A program made the position numbers and the translations under genes. Below the pieces are notes generated by a model. It worked only from the letters and a program-made list of their open reading frames with translations, was not told where the DNA came from and searched no databases. Positions 44,690 through 55,556 of a stretch of 64,000 bases of DNA are shown piece by piece (positions within the stretch are counted from its first letter, which is position 1; each line of letters starts with the position of its first letter). The stretch is from Eukaryota sp. TZLM1-RC. Taxonomy: Eukaryota; Protista; Metamonada: BaSk clade. Location: contig JAUPSS010000002.1 of the NCBI GenBank assembly GCA_040285825.1, forward strand, positions 3,658,001-3,722,000, in the 5' to 3' direction.

Positions 44690-45679
44690 ATGTTCAAATC
44701 TATCGATACGATCGTATCATCAGTCTGTTCCCTACTCAAATCTCAAGGGATCGATGTAGACATAGACCCATCAGTTCCACTCTTTGTTAGTTTTCTCTCC
44801 TTGTCTGAACACATACCACATGATGTTTCCTTTCAGTTACAATGGGTTCAGTTTGCTTCCTTTATATTCGATGATCAGCCATCTGAATTATCAAACATAC
44901 AGAAACACCATCTCGGTCTTCTCGCCCCTACTCTGACCAACCAAACTTTCCTTGCTGTTGAATCCCCTGGTATAGCTGATGTGGTGTTGTTCTTTGCAAT
45001 TCGTCCTTTCCTAGGAGAAACCGCCACATCAGCTGCAGAAACTGGTCTTCCCAAGTCAATACTCCGATGGATTAATGACGTGCAACACGTGATCTCTCAC
45101 GATTACATCGAACTAGATATCTATATAGAACCTGAGAAGAAGCAGAAAAAAAAGCAGAAAATGCCCCAAATGCAAACCAAAAAGAAAGAAAAGGTAAAGA
45201 AAGCTCCTCAACCTCAAGAACCTACTTTTGTAGTTGCCCTCACAGTCGGCAAAGTTGTTGATTGTAGCTCACATCCTGACTCTGATAAGCTCTTGATTGA
45301 GACAATTGACTTTGGTAACGAAGATGTTCGTCCCATTGTTTCTGGTATCGCTCATCACGTCGTCCCATCAGATTTGATTGGCAAAAAAGTTTTGTGTGTG
45401 ACCAATCTGCGTCCAGCCATGCTTGCAGGGAAACCAAGCAAAGGAATGTTGCTATGCGTTGACTCAAGACCCTTATATCTCCCTGATCATGTTCAGGAAG
45501 GTACACGTGCTGGTCCACGTGGCGTGACGTGGCAACCAAAGAAACAGATTAAGAGTAAGGACTGGGCAGAAACAAAGTTAGAAGTTGTAGGGTTTAAATG
45601 CGTCTGTAATGGTGTAGAATTGATTTTTGAAAGTGGAGAAGGTATTGAAAGTATTGTAGAGTCGGGGGATATTCAGTGA
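44690..45679 (+). CDS. Arc1p/AIMP1-like aminoacyl-tRNA synthetase cofactor (GST-C-like plus tRNA-binding OB fold)
   Basis: GST-C-like IADVVLFFAI...ILRWINDVQH, Lys-rich linker, VGKVVDCSSHPDSDKLLIETIDFG...IVSGI...NLRPAMLAGKPSKGMLL. First in-frame ATG at 44690. Confidence 0.85.
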   Translation: MFKSIDTIVSSVCSLLKSQGIDVDIDPSVPLFVSFLSLSEHIPHDVSFQLQWVQFASFIFDDQPSELSNIQKHHLGLLAPTLTNQTFLAVESPGIADVVLFFAIRPFLGETATSAAETGLPKSILRWINDVQHVISHDYIELDIYIEPEKKQKKKQKMPQMQTKKKEKVKKAPQPQEPTFVVALTVGKVVDCSSHPDSDKLLIETIDFGNEDVRPIVSGIAHHVVPSDLIGKKVLCVTNLRPAMLAGKPSKGMLLCVDSRPLYLPDHVQEGTRAGPRGVTWQPKKQIKSKDWAETKLEVVGFKCVCNGVELIFESGEGIESIVESGDIQ

Positions 45680-46149
45680 TTTTTTTAATTAACTTTTACT
45701 TAGTTTGAAATAAATTTATTTTGATTGTGATTTTGTTTATGGGCAAATTGTTACTAATACAATGATACAATAGAAACTTGTTGGAAACTGATAATTTCAC
45801 CATTTTTTACTTACCGTTTTCTCTATAACTTAATTGAAAGAGACTCTGGTAGTGATTTCCTAGGATATTTGAAACATACTTAAATTAATTCTAGTAGGTT
45901 TTGACTTGATACAAAATGACAAGATTTAGCTTTCAAACTGATGTTCAGCTAATTCTAAATGGATTTGTAATAATAACATGTTTATCATCCATAGCTGAAC
46001 GTTATCACATCATCAAACGCCTCACATAAAGAACAAAGAAAAACAACACCCACACAAAGTCTATGTTGTCAAGAACATAACCGTTCCACGTTTGAGCCCA
46101 TGTTTCTTACTAGGCCAATAAACATGTTTATTTAGCCACACTGATTATT

Positions 46150-46800
46150 CAAGGTTAAGTTTATAAGAAATTTAAGCAATGTTTCCTTCCTCAAAAACGA
46201 TTGCTGATATGGATGATGTTGTTCTTATAAGTGACTTAACGATTGGCAGAGAAGCAAATTTATGTTTTCAAGAATTATTCAACAAAATTGGCCTTCGACT
46301 CAACTTACTTAAATGTGTTTTACTTTCAAATTCTTCAGGTTCAACAATAGCTGATGGTATTGAAATTCAAGCCAAATTATATTCAATTGATGCTATTCGT
46401 CATTTGGGTTCGTTTTTAGAAAATAATAATGAAGTTACCAAAGAATTGTTTGATAAGATGAACTCAATTTCTGATCAAATTGACCGAATGATTCAACGGG
46501 AATATTTCTGAAAAGAATTTTTTAAAATTAAAACACATTCTTGGACCATTACAGAAACGGTTGACTGGAATGTATGAAGATGATTTTTACAAAAATATAT
46601 GCAGCTCGGCTGTTTTAAATCGAGATCTTCACTCAATGTTATTGGAAATCAAGTGTTTGTGAAAATAAGTCATCAGATTCGTCACTGTTTGTGACCATTG
46701 TACCACGAAGATTTGAACTGCGTGCTTCTTATGAAGCGTTTGTAACAAAAATGAGATTATATTTGAATATCCCCATTAATCAATTTTTGTCAAAAGAAGT
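46150..46800 (+). mobile_element. RLE non-LTR retrotransposon remnant (family 2), internally deleted
   Basis: ADMDDV (degenerate YMDD), IGLRLNLLKC, RHLGSF; then LTGMYEDDFY...FVTKMRLYLNIP matching 19.1-19.4 kb. Confidence 0.85.
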
Positions 46801-47559
46801 TGAAGTTTAAAAATTGATAGAAACTTCTTAATATTGGTTTATTTTCAACTCCTTACATCCACAAAACAATAAGATATGGACAAACTGATGAATGGACAAA
46901 TTAATAATGAATACTGGACCTGTTTTAATTTTCTTTTCTACAAATAGTGATCTGATGTAAAATTTGATGAATTTGTGGTAAATCAAAGCAGTTGTTTGTT
47001 TAATCTATGGTGTTTGTAGATTCAATGACTTTGTATAAAGTTTCATAGTTTTCCTCCTTTCTTCAGTTGTTTATTATTGCTGCACATTCTCTTTTCTTGA
47101 CCGCAAAATTACTCTCAGCATTGTATTATATTCACATTAAACACATATCCAATTATAGAATGCTTTTCTTTGTAAATTTCTTAACAATTCAAAACTGCAC
47201 CATTTCCTTACCAATAATCACTTCAACCAATCACTTCAATTTTCCTGGAACAATACATCACTTGTTATTTTACATTGACCTTCTAATTGTACCAGCAGAA
47301 CGAACGCAAATGTGACTTAGGGCTGCAAATGCTTTTTAAGTGTTTTAAAAATGATTAAATGAATACTAAATGATGAAAAAACATCATAATAATACAATAA
47401 ATCATTGGGAAAAATTGAATACCTGAAAACAGTAATACAAAATTCAAGTGCAGAATAAATGTTTTCGCCCAAATGACATAAATTTTGTTTTTCCAAGTTG
47501 GAATGCGAAAAGAATTTATTGAAATTATTTTTGGTTTCGAAAAATGAATTTGATTAACA

Positions 47560-48420
47560 CTTTGAATTTGCAATACAATAGGATGAATGGCTGGACAAAA
47601 CAAAAGAGGTCTTAAAGGGTCTCCTTGCTTTACACCACTTGATGAAATCAAATTGCAATTACCACAATGTAAATAGAATTTGTGCTATATGTTGATTGGA
47701 AATACGGCATTGATTCCGGCACATATTGTCACAAAGCACCATGAATACTGCAATGACTAATTGAATTGAATGCATTGCTAAAATCCAACAACATTCAAAC
47801 ACAGGATTCATTTTGATGAAATAAAACATTTGTAGCAAATACTGCTGAAGAAACTCCATCAGTGGTATTAATTCCATACTGAAAGGGTAACAAATTTTTT
47901 TTTGCTTTTTCATTGAATCTATTTAAGCAGCATGCAGAAAAAATATTGTGTAAACTTTCAGTGACCGCAATTGGACGAGCATCCATTTTTGAATTTCTTA
48001 CAAGTGTAGTCAAACATGAACAACTTAATTCTTCAGGATTTTCAAGTTGACCAGTTAAAATTCTATTAAAAAAATTGGTCAATAAAGTAAGACAATCCTC
48101 TGAAGAAATAACCGTAGCTTTGATATGATCAATCGAAAGCCCAGAAAGACCTGCAGACTTTCTACGTGGTCGTTTTTTGATCACTGAAAATAATTCTGAT
48201 GTCATCAATGGTTGGATTTCCCAATAATCTCCATACTAATTTTGATCCATTATTGGGTTTTCATATGGATGAAGGATCTTGAGTTTATCTACAGTCTGTT
48301 GCTTATTGGGAGCCTTTACTCCTGGATTTAAAGTAGACAAAGCACTAGACCACTTGTTATCAAAGCACTTATCTCCAAAAATTTTGCTCAATTTCGCAGA
48401 TGACAGTTTTCTTGGTGCAT
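47560..48420 (-). mobile_element. Non-LTR RT N-terminal fragment
   Basis: KSAGLSG, RPIAVTE, PFQYGI..DG, LLDFSNAFN, GVKQGDPL. Confidence 0.85.
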
Positions 48421-48716
48421 AAAATAATGAAATATTAGTACAATATTATTTTAATTATTACATTGTATTATATACATAACATTTTTCATCATTTTGTGAT
48501 AGCAAATACGTTTTAATAATAAAGAAAACAATTTTTGCTATCAACAATCAACGTAAAATACTGAGCTAGCAACACTTTTGAGCCACCGCCCATGGTGTGT
48601 TGCTATCATTTATTGCATCAAACAACCATATACAAGATTTTTCAGATGGATATGGAGCTTGAAATGCTAATTCTTTACAAAAAACCTCAAACACATCCAA
48701 CACATCTTGAAACACA

Positions 48717-50432
48717 ATGGCGACCTCCATTGACGACAAGGTTCTTCAAATCTTTTCCCAGACACCCCTTGATGACATTGACACCATTCAAGCTTCCTTG
48801 TCCAATTCAATTGCCACAAAAGATTGCCAACTCAAAAACCTCATGCAGGAGCACTCATCTACCCTTATCTCTTGTGTCACTGAACTCGACAACATTCTTC
48901 ACACTATATCTAACTCTCATGACCTTGTAACTTCACTACAGGACATGCTCATGTCTCACGAATCTTCTTTTAACATGCCTGAGTCGTCTGAGTTATCACT
49001 GTTCAATACGTCCGTTCTTGATGAGATTGAATCACAAATAGGAAGTAATGACATTTGCTTGTTGCTAGCTAATTTCGAGCGCTTGACGCGTCATCAATGT
49101 GAACATGACGTGATTGATGACGTGGTCAGCTCAAAATCAAGTCTTTTAATGGCCGAATGTGAGCTTTTATTGGAGAATATTCTTTATCAAAATGAACATG
49201 TACTTATCAAGTCAATATTTGGTTCAAATTTAACAAATTTTGACAGTCAGCTCAACCAATCAATCACAGACATAATCAAAATTGGTGGCATGATTTTTGA
49301 CATCAACTATACAATTGATTTCTTGAATTCTTTATTTTCAAAAGCAATTTCCTTTTCTCATTTAATTTCATTGAATAATCTTTTTAAATTTATTTTCGAA
49401 AGTTTTGATGTGGAACTACTTGTTTGTGACTGCCACAAGAATTTAGTCAAGGAAAGTCTCGAATCAATACAGTCAAATATAGATTATCGGCAGGCGATTA
49501 TTCATCAATCAAAATTAATTGAACTTTTTGATTGGAAGAGTGAAGTCTCTATTATTGAACAATTTTTCAATCAATTCACCATTGGTTGCCTGATTGATGA
49601 TTCATTATTTTCCACTTATTTCCACCAACAAATCAAGTATATTGATCTTGAATTAAAATTAAATTCAAGTTTGAAGTTTGAATTGTTAAATTTCTTGGAA
49701 TTTTTTGATAATTTGAACAATTTACCACGATATTTTGGTGAAACAATTTTAAATTATTCATGCTCTCTGGTGAACAAAGCTTATGAAGAAAAGTTTGATG
49801 AATTTGGAATTTTTTGCTTTGTGGAAAATATTTGTGGAATTTTCGGCTTTTCTGATCAAAATATTTCGAAATTTTCATCTCAGTGTGTCAGATCGCTTGT
49901 GACAAGCTTAAATTTTCAACATTACAGACCATTACAGATTGGTGATTCCTCCAAAATATTTGAATCATCCAAGGTTTTTTCTCTTCCACTGTCTATTTCT
50001 TCAAATCTATTCACATTATTTGGTGGATTATTTCATATGTCAGTTGAATTATTTGATTATACTTCACAAAATGTGAAGAATGTTTTTGGGAGTAATTTTT
50101 TCTCAACAATTTATGATCTTTTTGCTTCCTTTTTGATCGACAATCAATTTGATGACGTGATGGTTCAAAAACAAGTAGTTTTTGATCTTTACTTCATCAA
50201 TATCCTGTGTGAATTAACCCAAAATGATCAAGATTTTATTGAATTAACCCCAAAGTTTTCAGTAATTTCACAGGTAGATGTTCAACAATTTTACTTCCCC
50301 TTAATGAAGAGTTTTTTACGATCAAAATTTCAATATTTCTCCACGTTATTTAATTTTAAAGTCTCCTTAAATGATTATTTTGCCACTTTTGAAATGGAAA
50401 GTTTGGATTCTTTTGAACTTTCTTTTCTATAA
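48717..50432 (+). CDS. Vps51/COG1-like tethering-complex subunit
   Basis: N-terminus (QIFSQTPLDDIDTIQASLSNSIATKDCQLKNLMQEHSSTLI) resembles the Vps51/COG1 N-terminal domain; the rest is helical, with a QVVFDLYFI motif near the C-terminus. The ORF is solid; the name is tentative. Confidence 0.55.
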   Translation: MATSIDDKVLQIFSQTPLDDIDTIQASLSNSIATKDCQLKNLMQEHSSTLISCVTELDNILHTISNSHDLVTSLQDMLMSHESSFNMPESSELSLFNTSVLDEIESQIGSNDICLLLANFERLTRHQCEHDVIDDVVSSKSSLLMAECELLLENILYQNEHVLIKSIFGSNLTNFDSQLNQSITDIIKIGGMIFDINYTIDFLNSLFSKAISFSHLISLNNLFKFIFESFDVELLVCDCHKNLVKESLESIQSNIDYRQAIIHQSKLIELFDWKSEVSIIEQFFNQFTIGCLIDDSLFSTYFHQQIKYIDLELKLNSSLKFELLNFLEFFDNLNNLPRYFGETILNYSCSLVNKAYEEKFDEFGIFCFVENICGIFGFSDQNISKFSSQCVRSLVTSLNFQHYRPLQIGDSSKIFESSKVFSLPLSISSNLFTLFGGLFHMSVELFDYTSQNVKNVFGSNFFSTIYDLFASFLIDNQFDDVMVQKQVVFDLYFINILCELTQNDQDFIELTPKFSVISQVDVQQFYFPLMKSFLRSKFQYFSTLFNFKVSLNDYFATFEMESLDSFELSFL

Positions 50433-50561
50433 AATTCAATATTCATTTTCTGATTTTCTCAATATACATCTTTAAAAAAACTAGAAGATTCTACATTTTA
50501 TGTCCCAAAACACACAAAATGAATAAAACAATAAAAATACACTAGATTACAAACACAAAAA

Positions 50562-52401
50562 CTAATCTCGAAGAGAAGGGTAAGTTCTTACTAATTTAGC
50601 AGCAATTTTCGAACCAAAAGTTTTGGTCTTTAAAAAACTCAAATGAGGCTGAATTATAGCAAGATACCGGGGTAATAAATGTTGAGGAATGCACGCTAAA
50701 CTTTTCTGAACGACAAAATTACCAAAAGGATCAATTAGGAAATCCACCACTTTATGAGGATCACTAAAAACCTCTTCCACAATCTTCATTGTCAAATGAT
50801 TGGGAGCAGTGCCTAAAAATGTTTCACAAACATTTGAAGCAAATTTCTGCTTCGACAAACTGGAAATTTTACCTTTAATTTTGGAATGAGCAATTTCAAA
50901 AATTTCGTGTAAATAAGCATTTTTACCTGCTAAAGTAAATACATATTGGAGAGCATAATTACCAAATTGGTCATAAACTAATGAATCAGTATTCTCCACA
51001 ATAACTAAAGCCAATGCTTTTCTATAGCTTTGAGGTGCATAATCCAACACTCGTTGCAAAACACAAGCTCCGTTACGAGAGTTAGCTACATTTACCAAAT
51101 TAGAAGGAACAAGGAGCGCATCAAAAATAAATTGATTTTCAAATGAATTAAAGAATTGTAAGCATTTTTGGATAACATGATTACCATTCAAATCTTTAAT
51201 CAAAGGAATGACATGGTTAGCTAGTGAAGAAATAATAATTCTTCTTTCCTCTTGTGAAGTGGCGTACTCCACCATCTTCTGAACAGATCGCGTACCATGC
51301 ATTTGTTGAGCTTTGGCATACAGCTGAGAGGCACACAAGCGACAAATTTCTAATCTACAGGATTGACTTACAGTTTCAATAATTTTCTGGCAGAGGTAGT
51401 TACCAAAGGGATCTTCGCAAAGAGTCAAAAAATGAGGTAACATGTCAGTGAAAATTTGGGAAATAATTGCAAAAGGTTCCAATAATTCTTCTAAATCAGA
51501 ACGGTCCATCGTACCATCAATCATTCCTTGATTGATGATGTCATCAATCACGTCATCATGATACCAAGTATAATCACCAGCTTCATACATTTCTCTAGCA
51601 ACATCTAGTAAACGCTGTAGGAATCTGCAACCATTCTGATCACTGGCCATTTCAATTAACCTAGTTGAATCGAAAATCTTGATAACATTGGCTTCAATGA
51701 TAGGCTCTTTGATACCCTTGATATCAACACTTGAGGCATTGCCCTTGGAGTGAAGAAAACTACAACGATCGCCATTTCTACAGTTTCCGCGTTCCCAATA
51801 CTTACAGATGGTATTGGCAGTGGACCTAGGATAAGCGGGTGTATTTGGATAAATGACCGATTTTGAAGGGGAGATGGGTGGCTGAATAGCATGAGACGTA
51901 CGGTTAGTAAGAGAGGGAACAACATGGGGTATGGCTGGGGTGGAGTAAGTGGAGGACGTGTAATCTGAGGTGGGTGAATTTCTGGCTGGCGACGACGTGA
52001 TCTCATGTGATGGCTCAAGAGGAGTGGGCAGGGAATCCGTAGCAAACCACGTGTTATCGAGCTGGAGAGAGGGAGGAAGTTTTTCTTGGCAAGGGTATGA
52101 ATCAGCGAATTCGTTCCAAAATGGATCTAGACGAACATCGTGAAGCTCATTATCCAGGGAGCCCCAATCATGACCTACAAATGTACTGTCAGTGGCAGTG
52201 AATGCAAAAATGTTTCCGGCGGAGAGAGCAACAGAGGGAGGAGCACTGGAAGAACGAGGCAAAGGCTCCTCATCTAGGTCAATGTCCGATCGTACAGATG
52301 CATTCTGAAATGAGTCAAACGGAAGATCAACATACGTCAATCAGTGAGTCTAAGTCAATGTTGGAAGGTGTAGAGGCACGGTCACGAAGGTGCGCGTGCA
52401 T
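50562..52401 (-). CDS. Pumilio/PUF RNA-binding protein with a CCCH zinc finger; 31-nt intron at 52305-52335
   Basis: Eight Puf repeats (DQNGCRFLQ, DPFGNYLCQK, HGTRSVQK, DLNGNHVIQK, NGACVLQR, DQFGNYALQ, QKFASNVCE, DPFGNFVVQK) and CKYWERGNCRNGDRCSFLH. The ATG at 52401 joins the main ORF in frame after removing GTATGT...TTTCAG. Confidence 0.92.
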
Positions 52402-52484
52402 GTTGAAGCGGATAGAATCAGAACAGAGGGAGTTTATTCTAGATGAAGATTGCCGGAAAAAAATGAATTGATTGAAATCAGTTT

Positions 52485-54511
52485 TGGAAAATTCCCATAA
52501 ATGCATGATCAATTTTCGTGTGGAATAATTACAAAAACTATCTACTGCACAGATACTGAGGCCTTTCATTGCCACTCATTCTGGCTTCAGCAATTGCAAA
52601 CATATTCACACAAGCCAACTTATTTCTATTGAAAAGCTTTGTTGAGCCTTTGTTACTGAGTTTGCAACTCTCACTATTACAAGCTAATAAACCATGACAT
52701 GTAGTAACAGGAGTCTTTTCTCTTCTATAGAATCTGGGATTTGTTACTCTCAAAAACGTAGCAACCTTTTCAAAACAAACAACTTGGGCTTGTGTATTGA
52801 CCATTTTTAATCTCGGATCAGGCAACAAATCGTCCATCAATGTTTGTCTAATAATTGTCCATATTATTCTTGTATCAATGGGAAAATAACCAGGGCCTAC
52901 AGTGGTTGAAACAGGAGAAATATGATGAGGTTTTTTCTCTCTACTGGAAATATATTGGGCAATTGTAATTGCTGGTTTTAGGAATATTTGAGGATCTTTT
53001 TCAACAGCATCTGCAAGAAAATGAATATCCACTGGAAATATTAACTAAATTCTCGTCAGTGACCAATTTCTCAATTTGGCAAGTAAAAGGCTCAATAAGA
53101 CCTTCAAATATGTCTGTAAGTTCATTATTTCTTATATCATGATGTTCACATAAATCGAAAAATTCATCATTCAGGAGGTCTGAAATATTTTCAGGTTGAT
53201 GAAACAAAGAACTCGAGCAATCTTTTTCATCAACTAAAAACAAGTTTTTGAATTGACGAAGCCTAAATCTAAATAATGAAATTATAGTAGACAATGGCGT
53301 TGAGTATCCACCCAGCTTGTGCATTTCTGCTAACACACTTCCCACTTCTGGTTTGTTAAAGTAAACATTAATAAATCGATTAATATGTTTTTCATAATTT
53401 AGTTTCAAATTATTCTCAAAATAGGCAAACATTACTGGGGCCATATACTGAGGTGGTCTACTGAAGCCATCAGTTGGAAATCATAGAAACAACTCAGGCC
53501 TATATCTCAAATGGTCTACATAACTCAATGTTTTGTTCAACTTTTGTTGTTCAAAGGTGGTCGATAATCTATAATCTCCTTCACCATAAACAAAGTTTTG
53601 AAAATCCTCTGGAAATGCACTTTATGGTTTCACCATTTCTTGCCCATAATACTCAGCTGAAATAGTACGAATTGTGGCCATTAATGATTCATATAATTGG
53701 GCAGATATTCCTGGTGGTATAAAATTAAGTTCAAAACAAGACTGTAAATACAGCTTTAAGCAACATGTGGTGTGAATACGTATCTGTTGAAATTTTACAG
53801 CAATTTCTCTCAATTTTCGTATCACATTTGAATGTTTGACTATTGAATTGACGGTTGCTCGAATGGTTTTATAAGATGATAAAATAAATTTATCTTTCTG
53901 AAACAGCACGAAACGATTCAGACAAAGGATACATTCATAAAGCCTATATTGAATCGAATTTTGTATCAAAGAAGGAGTAGCTAAACAATCAATTGGCAAA
54001 ATATGGGAAAATTGTCTATGAAGTTTGCGTTTCTTTTTATTTATCATTTTATATGCCAGATTGCCTAATCCATGTCCGTAGGGTACTTTTATGAATTTTT
54101 GGCAAATACCAAAGTATCTAAAAGAAAAAAGCCATTTCCCCTGATGACAACTTCTCTCCATCTTGCTAAATGTTGATTGAGTACATCAATTGCTGTATCA
54201 TCTCGAACAGTGGGAAATGATAAATCAAAATAAGTTAATCTATTTTTCAAAACCTGTAAATCAAACTGCATTAAATTGTGATTAAGAAAACAATGCGGTT
54301 GATGAATACCAATAAGGTTTAAAAACCTACGAAGCAAGGTTTTTTCGTCAGAGAAAATTTCTACCTCAATATCCATATCAATGTCTGGTAATCTTACTCG
54401 AAGACTCATTCCCAACATAAGTGAATATTTACTCTGCAAAAAGACATTATGGCGGTAAAACTTACCAATAACAGTCGAAATTAAAAACACTTTTTGAAGG
54501 AGTTCAACCAT
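52485..54511 (-). pseudogene. Fanzor1 pseudogene (copy B) with an N-terminal PolB-type 3'-5' exonuclease domain; internal deletion of RuvC-I/II
   Basis: FSDEKTLLRRFL...HNLMQFDL (ExoII), LLDTLVFAK, GLGNLAYKM, QYRLYEC (ExoIII-like), then in the same frame YKTIRATVNSI...IHTTCCLKLYL, FENNLKLNYEKHINRFIN, PIDTRIIW, CHGLLAC, FNRNKLAC. Confidence 0.85.
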
Positions 54512-54699
54512 AATGGTTGAGGGAAAATTTCGAAGACAAAGTACAGATAGAAGGCTGTGACAAATACCAGAGTTTAAGACTTACGTTGTACAAATACATT
54601 CGTGGTAGGGTTGTGTTGCAGAAGCCATTGTTATTCGTTGTGTTGCAACTCAAAATATACATTTTTCTATCCATGCTAATATATCTTAATACTAATACT

Positions 54700-54890
54700 C
54701 TGAACATTCTTTCCCACACACTCATTGATTGTTTCGTCACCATTGGTCTACAATTATCATGAATATGAGAGTAAGTAATCCTGTACATCTTCAGTGCACT
54801 GTTACATCCCTATCCCAACAGACGCCACATTCACTGTTTTGACAGTGTAGCAGTCCATGGCATGGGACTAGTTTGACAACGTCTATTTTT
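54700..54890 (-). pseudogene. Fanzor C-terminal fragment (different family)
   Basis: LVPCHGLLHCQNSECGVCWDRDV-(frameshift)-SALKMYRITYSHIHDNCRP: Zn finger, RuvC-III and RP tail. Confidence 0.8.
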
Positions 54891-54899
54891 AGATTCCAA

Positions 54900-55160
54900 T
54901 TGTGTTGAAGTTCTGCAATTTTGTTTTCAAGATTTTGAAACAATGGTTAAAGAAAAAGCAATGAAAAGATATGATTTATTTATGGCGTTTTCATATTTCA
55001 ATTTGCCATTATTAATAGATTACCTCGGTTTTGCAATTGAATACGGGATGCTTTAGCTAGACAGCAAGCAGATCAAGATTTTGTAGAGGAAGTCTTGGTT
55101 CAATGATAGTCGTCCCATTAGTTATTATTTAAATTTATCAAGTGTGTGAGTTTAATAATA
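54900..55160 (+). mobile_element. RLE non-LTR retrotransposon 3' end (family 2)
   Basis: ctagacagcaagcagatcaagattttgtagagg...caatgatagtcgtcccattag matches the reverse complement of 18520-18600. Confidence 0.85.
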
Positions 55161-55400
55161 GTAAAATTTTAAATGATAATATTATTTGTCGAATGTTTTG
55201 ACCAAACTTATAGTGGCCTCAATATGTTTTTTTGGAAAACATCACTGGTTCCTCATGTTTGGAAAAGCAATCTCAGTAATACAAATTGAGTAACAATCAA
55301 GTCCTACGTACATTTTGTTTGAAATAACCACCGTCTCTTGATCAACTGTTCGAACATTCAGGTTTATGAAAACACTAAAAATGATAAATATAAAGCAAAG

Positions 55401-55556
55401 TGTTAGCCTTGGATAATATTTATAATAGTTTATTTATAGTTTACTAATAGTATTTGTATTTATTGCGCCTATGCGCTTAAGTTTAGGGAAATCCTTATTT
55501 CCCTGTAATAAATTACATTTAAGGTATACTCAATGTCTAACCCCCACAGATCATCA
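55401..55556 (+). repeat. 5' LTR (156 bp)
   Basis: Identical to 62616-62771; TGTTA...TCATCA; contains a TATA-like TATTTATAA and AATAAA. Confidence 0.97.
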
